DNA of 64,000 nt from Candidatus Woesebacteria bacterium GW2011_GWB1_39_12 (GTDB taxonomy: Bacteria; Patescibacteriota; Microgenomatia; UBA8517): NCBI GenBank assembly GCA_000993405.1, contig LBWB01000008.1:26325-90324 (forward strand). The letters run 5' to 3'. The notes below the pieces were generated by a model. That model made no database searches, was not told where the DNA came from, and was given only the letters and a program-made list of their open reading frames with translations. Shown in pieces: positions 37,850 through 47,211 of the stretch. The stretch's first letter is position 1. Each line of letters begins with the position of its first letter. The position numbers and the translations under genes were made by a program.

Positions 37850-39103
37850 CTATACTCTCCCCCTTAAAATCATTGCGTCGATTATTCGCTTAACTGCCAT
37901 AAGGTAAGCCGCCTTTCGATACGAAATTTTCTTTATCTTTACTAAATTATCGATCTCGGTAAAAGCTTTTTCCAAAATACCTTCAAGTTCCTCGTTAACG
38001 TGCTCTTTTGTCCATCTGTAACCATGCAGATTTTGGACCCATTCAAAGTAAGAAACAGTCACGCCGCCTGCGTTACACAAAACATCTGGCAGAATATCTA
38101 CTTTCTTTGATAAAAGAATTTCCTCCGCTTCAGGAGTTGTGGGACCGTTTGCCATTTCAAGAATTACTTTTGCTTTGACATTTTTGACGTTTTCTTTATT
38201 TATTGCATTCTCAAGTGCGGCCGGAACTAATATATCAACATTAATAGTTAATAGTTCATCGTTTGTTAGTTCATTGTATAAACCCAAGACAGAACCCGTT
38301 TTTTCTTTGTGAATCATAACCTTTTCTACATCCAAACCTTTAGGATTATAAACTCCGCCACTTGAATCCGAAACTGCAATAACTTTGTATCCAGCCTTTT
38401 TGGCCAACTTCGCAAACCAAAAACCTACATTTCCAAAACCTTGAACCGCAATACTTGTTTTTTTGTTTTTCAGTTTCTTAGTTTTTAAGTATTCATTTAA
38501 AACATAAAATCCGCCCTGTCCTGTTGCTTCCTCGCGGCCGAGAGACCCACCCAACTCAATTGGTTTTCCTGTAAAAGTAGCTGGAGCATGATAACCAATT
38601 TTTCTTTCATAAGCCTCAAGCATCCAGGCCATTTCGCGTCCACCTGTATTAACATCCGGCGCGGGAACATCCTTCCATGGACCAATATAAGGAGTTAGAA
38701 ATTCGGCATAAGCATAACAAAGTCTTTGAAGCTCAGTTTCGCTTAACAGTTTTGGGTCAATTATTATTCCTCCCTTTCCTCCTCCATACGGTATTCCGAC
38801 AGTGGCACATTTTATGCTCATCCAAGTCGACAATGCCTTCACCTCGTCTTCAGAAACTTGAGGGTGGAAACGAATACCTCCTTTGAATGGTCCCCTTGCG
38901 TCGTTGTGCTGAGACCGATAAGAGATAAAAGATCCAATCTTTCCACTGTCCATTCTTAAACTTAAACTTTTTCTTAATACTCTTTGAGGCCTTTTAAGCT
39001 TTTCGACAGCCTTTTTGAAAAGTTTTCTATCTGGATATTCCGCCATCAAAAGATCTGCAACGTCATCAATTTGTCTTTTCGCATTTGTAAATGCCGAAGT
39101 CAT
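37850..39103 (-). CDS. gdhA: Glutamate dehydrogenase (Glu/Leu/Phe/Val family)
   Basis: RGPFKGGIRFHP, GGGKGG, DVPAPD, QGFGNVG, EMANGP, NAGGVTVSYFEW. Confidence 0.93.
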   Translation of the reverse strand: MTSAFTNAKRQIDDVADLLMAEYPDRKLFKKAVEKLKRPQRVLRKSLSLRMDSGKIGSFISYRSQHNDARGPFKGGIRFHPQVSEDEVKALSTWMSIKCATVGIPYGGGKGGIIIDPKLLSETELQRLCYAYAEFLTPYIGPWKDVPAPDVNTGGREMAWMLEAYERKIGYHAPATFTGKPIELGGSLGREEATGQGGFYVLNEYLKTKKLKNKKTSIAVQGFGNVGFWFAKLAKKAGYKVIAVSDSSGGVYNPKGLDVEKVMIHKEKTGSVLGLYNELTNDELLTINVDILVPAALENAINKENVKNVKAKVILEMANGPTTPEAEEILLSKKVDILPDVLCNAGGVTVSYFEWVQNLHGYRWTKEHVNEELEGILEKAFTEIDNLVKIKKISYRKAAYLMAVKRIIDAMILRGRV

Positions 39104-39119
39104 AGGGTTAATAATACCA

Positions 39120-39695
39120 CTACTTTACCACCAATCGAAGAATGTTAGTTAAAGAAGCCTGATTTAAATGAATAAACCAAATAAGATAAATCCAAATTAC
39201 TGGATAGACAACAAAGTTCTCAAACCATTTACCGGTTTTTATCCTCATTTTTCTTATAGGTGGAATTCCAAAAGAAATATTAAGTGGAAACAATAGAGGT
39301 AGTCCCTCCTCTGTCAGACTATCAGCCAAAAGGTGAGAGAGATATCCAATCATTATACTTGCGAGGACTATCTTCGTGTTCAAAAAACCTGAGTTTAAAA
39401 CTAATGGAAGTACGAATTCTAAAAGCTTATAGATGGCAAATACACCAATTAGAGAATGTGTCAGGGTTCTGTGTTTGTAAAAAATTCTTCTGAAAATGCG
39501 ACCAAGATTATGCCCGGAGGGGAGCATTTCCCAAAGCCGATTTCCGGCTTGGTCAAGATCCGGAAGAAGTGCTCCAACATCCGCACCAATTACAGACACC
39601 ACCAATGTGGTCAGATTTAGATTCTCCGGAGGAAAGAATGCAGCAAAAGTTACAAGAGAAGCGAAAGCAAATGCATCATGTGTCCTGGCAGTCAT
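39120..39695 (-). CDS. YdjM-like membrane metal-dependent hydrolase
   Basis: M...TH, GALLPDLD, HRTLTHS, GYLSHLLAD. Confidence 0.9.
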   Translation of the reverse strand: MTARTHDAFAFASLVTFAAFFPPENLNLTTLVVSVIGADVGALLPDLDQAGNRLWEMLPSGHNLGRIFRRIFYKHRTLTHSLIGVFAIYKLLEFVLPLVLNSGFLNTKIVLASIMIGYLSHLLADSLTEEGLPLLFPLNISFGIPPIRKMRIKTGKWFENFVVYPVIWIYLIWFIHLNQASLTNILRLVVK

Positions 39696-39764
39696 GTTTT
39701 TTGGTAATCAACATTACTTTACTTTCTGCAAATATCATAGTCAAACTGAATGACTTTCAAAAAA

Positions 39765-41534
39765 TTATATTTTCTGATCCTCCCACATTTTAGCAAATAC
39801 CCCATGCTTATTTAAAAGATTATCAAAACTGCCCCGTTCTACTACTTTACCCCGATCAAGAACTACGATTTTATCCATTGCCTTAATCGTTGAAAGGCGA
39901 TGTGCAATAACAATAGTCGTAAACTTATGCATAAATCCTTGTAAGGCTTTTTGAATTTCCTTTTCCGAATGCGCATCCAAATGCGAAGTGGCCTCGTCCA
40001 AGAGTAGTATGTCGGGCTGGCGAAAAAGTGCTCTGGCAATACCAACGCGTTGTCTTTGACCTCCTGAGAGTTTAATTCCCTTTTCACCCACAATAGTATT
40101 TACACCTTGGGGTAGTTGTTTTACCACATCATCGAGGTGTGCCATTCGGATTGCCTCGTGGAAAAGTTTGGGCTCTAAGTGAACTCCATCAACCGCTGCT
40201 ATCTCTATATTCTCCTTTAAAGTCATATCAAAAAGTTCAGTATCCTGAAGTACAACTGCGACATGATTAATGTAAGATTGTCTCTTCATCCCCTTCAAAG
40301 AAATATTATCAATTGAAATATCACCTTCATAATCTTCGTATAAATCCAAAAGTAGCTTAAATAACGTAGACTTTCCTGCACCTGAAAGCCCAACAATGCC
40401 AATCTTCTCACCACGTTTAATTGTTATTGAGATACTCTTTAAAGTTTTATTTTTCTTGTAAGCAAATTTTAATTTATTAATTTTAATCTCTTTCCACTCT
40501 TGGGGATATTCAACTTGCGCCTCAACTTTGGCGGGAAGTTCAATGTCAGGTTCAGTCCGTAAAATTGTCATAGTCCGCGACACCCAAATTTTCGCAAGAG
40601 CAAGCTGCTGAGTAACATCTGTCAATTCACGGGTAGAAGTTCCCACTTTCTGAAATAGGCCAATAAAGAGAACTAGTAAACTTATGTCGCTTCTTCCACT
40701 TACTATTCCCCATGCAAGTACTGCTATAACAACAAATTCAAAGATAGCCTCATACATTAGTAAGACCCCGCCCCTAAATTGAAATAAAAATACACGCCGG
40801 CGAATCTTTTGTATAAGAGGGGTAATATGCCTGCTGATAATACTAATCATCCCTTTGTCTATTGATAATGCTTTTATGGTTTGAATATTGTTTAGGGATT
40901 CAAAAGTTATTCCGCCCAAATCCTCAAAAGCCTTATTTACTATTCGCTCTTGGGTCACCGCGCGCTTAAGTAAGTAGTTACCAATAGCGAAATATGTTGC
41001 AATGAAAAATATCAGACTAAGGCTAAGAGTTTTCTCCAGAGTGAAGAAAATAAGAACTATCCCGACAATGTTTACTGCAACTTCTATTAATACATCAAAA
41101 ATCCGTCGAATTGTTACATTAATTCCATCCAAACCTTTATCTATACGTTTCATCTTGTTACCACTGTTTTCCTTTTCCTGCCAGGTCAAATCTAGTTTGA
41201 AAATATGAGAAAGGCTTTCTTTATAAATATCAAGAGAAGCTTTTTCAGCCACCTGGTATCCAAAATATTTAGAAAGGTTATGTGCAAATCCGTAGTACAA
41301 AGTAACTAAGCCCCAAGTGACTAATATTGAAATAAGATCCTGCGGAACTTCAAAAGATTGTTGATTTGAAAGTATTAGTACGATTCTGCTAACCGCCCAC
41401 GCCGGATAAAGACGTGCAAGATCGCTAGTGAATCGGAAAAATATTCCCACAAAAAACTGACCGCGATATGGCGAAATATAATGTGCTAAATCACGTATAA
41501 ACATAAAGAGTGTGTATTTTTTCACTTGATCCAT
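39765..41534 (-). CDS. ABC exporter, fused permease/ATPase
   Basis: TMD + GLSGAGKS, LSGGQRQR, LLDEATS, IAHRLST. Confidence 0.93.
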   Translation of the reverse strand: MDQVKKYTLFMFIRDLAHYISPYRGQFFVGIFFRFTSDLARLYPAWAVSRIVLILSNQQSFEVPQDLISILVTWGLVTLYYGFAHNLSKYFGYQVAEKASLDIYKESLSHIFKLDLTWQEKENSGNKMKRIDKGLDGINVTIRRIFDVLIEVAVNIVGIVLIFFTLEKTLSLSLIFFIATYFAIGNYLLKRAVTQERIVNKAFEDLGGITFESLNNIQTIKALSIDKGMISIISRHITPLIQKIRRRVFLFQFRGGVLLMYEAIFEFVVIAVLAWGIVSGRSDISLLVLFIGLFQKVGTSTRELTDVTQQLALAKIWVSRTMTILRTEPDIELPAKVEAQVEYPQEWKEIKINKLKFAYKKNKTLKSISITIKRGEKIGIVGLSGAGKSTLFKLLLDLYEDYEGDISIDNISLKGMKRQSYINHVAVVLQDTELFDMTLKENIEIAAVDGVHLEPKLFHEAIRMAHLDDVVKQLPQGVNTIVGEKGIKLSGGQRQRVGIARALFRQPDILLLDEATSHLDAHSEKEIQKALQGFMHKFTTIVIAHRLSTIKAMDKIVVLDRGKVVERGSFDNLLNKHGVFAKMWEDQKI

Positions 41535-41629
41535 ACTTAACAATATTATATCCCAAACTTAATTTATTCTCGATTAAAATCTAGGGCTAAAAAATAAAGT
41601 TACACAAAGGAGTTAGAAGACTTACTTAC

Positions 41630-41974
41630 TTACTTAGAGTACTCAAGGTAAAGCCTCTCTCTATCTTTTTCCAATTTTTTAATCTGCGTCATAATATTTT
41701 CCAACGCTTCCGTAAGGTGTGGTTTTTTACTAAAGTCAAGCATATTATTTACCTCAGCCCATTGAGTTATTAAGTGGCTATGTCTATTGTCCAATGCTTG
41801 GCGAACATATTGAAATTGGATATGCCTTGACAGGCCATTCCACTCGGCAAATGTTGCCAAAAACTCAGGGTTGTATTCACCTAACTCAATAGCCTTGGCC
41901 AAGGTCATTGAAACAGCTGTTGAAGCAGATTTTTGTGACGGTTTTTCAATACTTCCTTCTTCTTCAAATCCCAT
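41630..41974 (-). CDS. Hypothetical helical protein
   Basis: The track's N-terminal MSFSFRRD... is element-derived; ATG 41974 sits at the element junction (GTCAT-G). Confidence 0.6.
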   Translation of the reverse strand: MGFEEEGSIEKPSQKSASTAVSMTLAKAIELGEYNPEFLATFAEWNGLSRHIQFQYVRQALDNRHSHLITQWAEVNNMLDFSKKPHLTEALENIMTQIKKLEKDRERLYLEYSK

Positions 41975-42080
41975 GACATTCTTTGCGGACTTGAGTCCGC
42001 TATCCCTTCTAAAAGAGAATGACATATCAAAGTTCGATTCATCTCCGAGCTGAAAGCTCGGAGTTTTCTCGAAATTTGTT
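41973..42080 (-). mobile_element. PATE-like element copy 3
   Basis: TTAT|AACAAATTTCGAGAAAA-CTCCGAGCT-TTC-AGCTCGGAG-ATGAATCGAAC..GATATGTCATTCTCTTTTAGAAGG..GCGGAC-TCAA-GTCCGC..GAATGTCAT. Confidence 0.7.
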
Positions 42081-42090
42081 ATAAGTAAGT

Positions 42091-42507
42091 TTAATCAATT
42101 AAATTCAATTTTTTAAGTCTTGGAATAACTTCGTGTTCAAAAATAGAGCCAACTTTAATTTCTTTAGGAACCTTAGATGAAAGCCATAAGATTTTTTCAA
42201 CCTTGTATCCATGAGAAATTTTTCCCAAATGTTTTTTTACTAAAAAAACATTCATATGAACCGTCCTCTCTTCTTGACCAGATGCTGGAGCATGGAAGTG
42301 ACCAAATTCCTCAAGATCTTCTTCTTTTACTTTGATATGAAACTCCTCATCTAGCTCTCTAATTAAAGCTTCCTCTGGTGTTTCACCCTGCTCGATTTTT
42401 CCGCCTGGAGAAATAAAATATTCTTTATCAACATCCTTTTCAACCAACAGTCTTCTACTCCTAATTATTATTCCTGCAGACTTATAAATATCTCGATTAT
42501 CATTCAT
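42091..42507 (-). CDS. NUDIX hydrolase
   Basis: PGGKIEQGETPEEALIRELDEE. Confidence 0.92.
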   Translation of the reverse strand: MNDNRDIYKSAGIIIRSRRLLVEKDVDKEYFISPGGKIEQGETPEEALIRELDEEFHIKVKEEDLEEFGHFHAPASGQEERTVHMNVFLVKKHLGKISHGYKVEKILWLSSKVPKEIKVGSIFEHEVIPRLKKLNLID

Positions 42508-42513
42508 AACTAA

Positions 42514-44153
42514 TTATATATTACCTCGGCATTTTAATTCTGGGTTTGTTTCAAAACCCTTAAAAATAACTTTCCCTTGCTCATCTTTTAATTCATAAGC
42601 CTCGGTTAGTTTGTGTTCCTTAGCCTGACCTTCTGAAATTGAAAGTTCATCTCCCACCAATATTTGTTTTACACACGGGTCTTTTTTCCATTCAAAAGCA
42701 CGTACTTCTATATTTGAAAATCTGTAACTCGTTTCCGGGGGCAGCGAGCGATAATAATCGTTTTTGTAAATCGGACTAACCTCCTTTTGATAGATGGCTG
42801 GAGGATAATTCAGATAATATAAAAGTAAAATATAATTTCTTGGATTTCTGGTATTATCAATTACAAAACTGGAATTAGGATTTCTTTTTATGAAATCAGA
42901 AACCTCGGAATATCCATAATTCCAAGCAGTAGCACGCTCTATTGGAAATAATACAAAATAAGAACGATAAAGGAGGATCAAAGAATACAAAGATAAGAGG
43001 ATAAAAGTCAGCAAAGCATACCTCCAGTTTAACTTAATCCAGATAAAATCTAACCCCAGACCTATGACAATAATCAAAGGCAGTAAAAACGGTAATGCTC
43101 TTTGAATGGAAATAAACTGTCCGGAGAAAACTGCGGGAATTAAAGATGTTACAAAAAGAAGTAAAACAAATTTGTAACCAGTTTTTTTGATTGAAGTGAA
43201 AAGAAGATAAATACCGATTAAAAAAGGTATAACCAGAAAGTTGTACATTACGGAAATTCCAGGGATGGTATGCTGCATATCTATATCGGAAAGCTCGTAA
43301 AAAAGATTCCTGGGAGAAATGTAAGTAAACGTTTGATTAATAATACTTGATACAACCTAGAAATGTAAGTAAACGTTTGATTAATAATACTTGATACAAC
43401 CTGGCTTGAATTCTGCTCAGTCAGTCTTTCATTCTTAACCCAAAACGCAGGAGTATTAAGGACAAGAAAATTCGGAATTTGCAAAAGTATGATTACTAAA
43501 AAAGACAGTTTTAAAAACCTAAGATTTCTTTTTTGAAAAACTAATTTTCTAAAAACTAAAAAGTAAAAAGTAAGAAAAATCGGAACAAGATACCTCTGGG
43601 TGTGTGCCGCATAAGTTGATAAAGACAAAAAGATAGATCCCCAAATTAAATTCTTAGGGTTTTTAAACGCTATGTAGACAAAATAGATTCCTATGTTAAA
43701 CAGGAGGTACGCTAAGGTAACTTCGTATCCAAGCCTTGCATTGAAAACGAGCCATGGACTTATCGCGTAAAAAAAGGTAGCAAAAAATAAAGTAATCGAA
43801 GATTTGAATATATTAAGTTTTTTAATAAGAAAAAAGAAAAAAACAATACTAACCAATGCGGATATAGCAGATATGCTTCTGAAAATAAAAGGTTCCATTC
43901 CGAAAAATGTTATAAAAGGCACTGATAAGTAAATAAATAAGGGCGGAGTGTAAGAGCCCAAAAGTCTAAACAAAATGGGGTATTGTTGTGCAAAAATATC
44001 CTTTCCGGTTTGAAGAATCGAAATGGCGTTATAAGCAATTGTTGCCTCGTCGACATAAAATCCATTAGGAATAGAATTTAATCTATAAAAGTAGACAAAT
44101 CCGGCAAATGTAAGAATAAGTAATAATATAAGAGCCGAAAACTTTCTAGTCAT
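42514..44153 (-). pseudogene. ArnT/PMT-like (GT-C) membrane glycosyltransferase split by a 44-bp tandem duplication
   Basis: PNGFYVDEA..AYNA.SILQTGKD, AISPW. The two ORFs join at an exact 44-bp duplication at 43315-43402. Confidence 0.8.
43315..43402. repeat. Exact 44-bp tandem duplication
   Basis: AGAAATGTAAGTAAACGTTTGATTAATAATACTTGATACAACCT x2. Confidence 0.95.
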
Positions 44154-44710
44154 ATTTTTCTATCAAATCTTAAAATCTTTGCAAGTCCGATAAAAATAAA
44201 GAGATCAATGAACGGAAAAAGAACAAATGGTCCATATTTCCCATGGATGCCAAGGATAGTAATAAGTAAAAAGGAAAAATTGATAAATCCAATTTGTAGA
44301 CGATTTTTTTTCTCAATAAAAAGAAAACCTCCATATAGAAAAAGAGGAAATGTAAGGAAGTTGAAGTAATTGGGGAAATAGAGATTCACGTCTACGGCGT
44401 CGAAGAAGTTTTTCTCGACCCTTTTAATAACCTGTATTTCTTTTTTTCGCTCCAATATATAGCCAAATCTTGCAAGTTTAGGGGGGTAAATGTTCATTCT
44501 TTGGATCTGCAAATCCAGTTCACTGGCACTAAATCTATAGACTTCCTTCAGATTTACCGATTTGATTTGAATAATAGCAATTATCGTGAATAAGATAATA
44601 AGAACTAAATTTACAAAAGATTTTGGTCTGTAAAAAGAAATAGCAAGAAAGACAAAAGTCAAAAAAACTAAAGCACCTAGAAAAATATTTTGGGAGAAAA
44701 TATCTAGCAT
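44150..44710 (-). CDS. Hypothetical multi-TM membrane protein
   Basis: Several hydrophobic helices; 4-bp overlap with the downstream GT-C gene. Confidence 0.7.
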   Translation of the reverse strand: MLDIFSQNIFLGALVFLTFVFLAISFYRPKSFVNLVLIILFTIIAIIQIKSVNLKEVYRFSASELDLQIQRMNIYPPKLARFGYILERKKEIQVIKRVEKNFFDAVDVNLYFPNYFNFLTFPLFLYGGFLFIEKKNRLQIGFINFSFLLITILGIHGKYGPFVLFPFIDLFIFIGLAKILRFDRKI

Positions 44711-44786
44711 CCTGCATCAAGATTGTATATCGATTAAATTCCGAAGTCGAATAAAAAACTCCACTTGATTTGATGCAGTATAATTA

Positions 44787-45296
44787 ATGAATATGAAAAT
44801 AGCTGCCCTATTTTTAATAGCTTTCGCAATCGCATTGTTATCAAATACCCCAGTTGTTCGTGCGAGTATAAGCAATAATGTAAGGGCAAGTAGTTCAAGT
44901 GGAAACGGAGGCAACTCCAGCGTTAACGTAAATATAAAAAATAATGTAAATACGGGAACCAACACTTCTTCGTTTACCTCACAAACAAAAACTCAAGTTG
45001 ATATTAGCCAAACCGGCGAAGGAACATCTTCAGTAAATATAAACGGCAAAGAATGGAAACTTGAAGGCCCAGGAGAAATTAATGTTAATGAAAATTCTGA
45101 TTCAAATAGCCCAACACCAACGTCGGCACAAAATCCTACTTTAACCCCAACCGAAACGCCATCTCCTACACCAGAACCTACACCCGAAGTATTAGGAGAA
45201 AGCGACAAAGAAACATCATTATCTCTCGGTGAGTTAGTAGAAAACTTCTTCAAATCTCTTGAGCAATTCCTCACCAGAATTTTTAATAGGTCTTGA
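44787..45296 (+). CDS. Secreted S/N/T-rich protein with PT linker and amphipathic C-terminal helix
   Basis: Signal peptide ending VRA, TPTP linker, EVLG, FFKSLEQFLTRIF. Confidence 0.75.
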   Translation: MNMKIAALFLIAFAIALLSNTPVVRASISNNVRASSSSGNGGNSSVNVNIKNNVNTGTNTSSFTSQTKTQVDISQTGEGTSSVNINGKEWKLEGPGEINVNENSDSNSPTPTSAQNPTLTPTETPSPTPEPTPEVLGESDKETSLSLGELVENFFKSLEQFLTRIFNRS

Positions 45297-45379
45297 TTCT
45301 CTCTTTTTACTCACCCCTTGGGACTAAAACAAGTTCACACTCCGGGGAAGATTCAAGGGAATAATTTATTATAACTATT

Positions 45380-45712
45380 TCAGTCTTTTACTTTGTAAGT
45401 TACTCCCCTTGTTTTACCTGCCTTTATTATAAAGCCTTCTTCCTGCAGCTTTTTTAAATCATAATGAAGAGTTTTTGGATTAACTGCCAAAAATCTTCTT
45501 GATATAAAATCAAAAGAGCAAAAAGGGTAATTCTTAATAAAAGTACAAATTTCCTTTCTCCTAAAGTAAGGAACAAATAACTTAAACTCCTCAAACGTAA
45601 AAGGATTGCCTTCTATTCTTGCCGAGTAAACAGCGCTTTTCAGTATTGCCTCTTTCTGTAGCTCCTTGAATTTTTTCTCACTTATAACAATACTTTTCCT
45701 ACTCCTACTCAT
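45380..45712 (-). CDS. Fic-derived protein: inhibitory-helix motif + winged HTH, no catalytic core
   Basis: SARIEGN then TLHYDLKKLQEEGFI...G..RG..Y; no HPFxxGNGR. Confidence 0.55.
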   Translation of the reverse strand: MSRSRKSIVISEKKFKELQKEAILKSAVYSARIEGNPFTFEEFKLFVPYFRRKEICTFIKNYPFCSFDFISRRFLAVNPKTLHYDLKKLQEEGFIIKAGKTRGVTYKVKD

Positions 45713-45883
45713 AAAATCTAGACTATGTTAGAAAATATTGGAAGAAATTGGAATATATTAAAATTAATTCGGATGGACTTGAGGATAGTGGCAACGTTTG
45801 AAATGTGTTTTAAATAGGGTACCGCATAGATTCTTCTATTATCCTTCCACTATTTTAGATCAATCAAAATTAACAAATACGAA

Positions 45884-47152
45884 TTAAGGCAGCAGTGCCA
45901 AAAATGGAATTTCCATTTCTTCTCGCGTGAGACCACCGTGATGTCCAATGTACTGTTGCTCAAAAATCCCCTCTTCATACCACCAGACCGATTCTCCTGC
46001 GTAGGGCAAGATTATAATGTTCCCGACCCTCGACATAAATTCTTTTGATATTTTTTTGCCGAAAAATCCTTCTTTAATCAGGTCTTTAGTCTCATATATT
46101 TCAACCTTTCCTTCCAGTTTCTTTATAAGGATTTTGGGAAGGTCTTTAATGGAATCTTCTTTGACATGTAGAAACATATCCCGGCACGAACCTGCAGGAA
46201 CAATTGGCTCTCCCCTTTTTGTGGTTTTCAGATACTTGGTAATATTCTTAATTTCCTTGTTTAGATAAAAGGTTGTTTTAGGATTTACGTTTGTCTGACC
46301 GTGATCGGCGCTCAGAAGAATTATGGTATCTTTAGTTTTTCCTTCAATAAATTTCAAAAATATATGTTCCAAAGCGGTAAAAAGTAGATCCACTTCGGAT
46401 TCAAAATATCTTGAGTTGGTTCCGTAATCATGGCCCATCGAATCAATTTTTCCGTAATAAAAAAAGAAATAAGATTTATCTTTTTCTTTAACAAGCATTT
46501 CCGATAGATTTGTCAGTCCTTCAGCTACAGTACTAAATGGTAATATATTGGCACCTTTGCTTACAACCGAGTTATATTGGGAAAGAGCAAATTCGGAAGT
46601 AAGAAAGATATTTGATTTCACTCCATAATCATTAAGTTTTTCGTATAATGTTTCAGTCGGATACAGTATTGCAGGATCAATACCAGTCGGCTCCAGTGTC
46701 CCTCTTTCTTTATCTTTTGCGTAAGAAAAAAGAAGGGGAGCTATAACGGAATCCAGTTTCGGCTCATAATAAAACCATTCGTAAACCCCGCTTTCGCCAA
46801 CAGGTAAGCCGGTATTTATTGAGGTGACTTGAACCGCAGTTGTTGATGGAAATTGTGAAGTAATTTTGGAAACAACTCCTTTATTTATAAATCTTTGTAA
46901 AGCCGGATATTTATTTTTATATTTATCAAAAAATTTCCAACCGAAAGCGTCTATGAAAAGGAATACCACCTTCTCGTATTCCTTGTACTTTCCTGAAGGT
47001 AATGTATCTCCCGGAAGTCCTGTATTTTTCGTCACTCCAAGTAGTGACTGAATGGTATTTGGAATATTTGAAAAACAATATGAATCATACAGTGGTTTTA
47101 CAAATTTTTTCCCAAATCTTGATTTTTCAACGGTATCGATCGATAAAGACAT
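45884..47152 (-). CDS. Alkaline phosphatase superfamily (nucleotide pyrophosphatase/phosphodiesterase)
   Basis: FIDAFG, FPSTT, IDSMGH, SADHG, GHHGG. Confidence 0.9.
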   Translation of the reverse strand: MSLSIDTVEKSRFGKKFVKPLYDSYCFSNIPNTIQSLLGVTKNTGLPGDTLPSGKYKEYEKVVFLFIDAFGWKFFDKYKNKYPALQRFINKGVVSKITSQFPSTTAVQVTSINTGLPVGESGVYEWFYYEPKLDSVIAPLLFSYAKDKERGTLEPTGIDPAILYPTETLYEKLNDYGVKSNIFLTSEFALSQYNSVVSKGANILPFSTVAEGLTNLSEMLVKEKDKSYFFFYYGKIDSMGHDYGTNSRYFESEVDLLFTALEHIFLKFIEGKTKDTIILLSADHGQTNVNPKTTFYLNKEIKNITKYLKTTKRGEPIVPAGSCRDMFLHVKEDSIKDLPKILIKKLEGKVEIYETKDLIKEGFFGKKISKEFMSRVGNIIILPYAGESVWWYEEGIFEQQYIGHHGGLTREEMEIPFLALLP

Positions 47153-47211
47153 GTTTGAATATTATTATATATCACACCTTAGAGGTGATTTTCTATTCAC
47201 ACCTTGGGTAA

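Noticed and set aside
43315-43402. Possible CRISPR array
   Set aside because: Two adjacent copies with no spacer, inside a CDS, and no cas genes; it is a simple tandem duplication.
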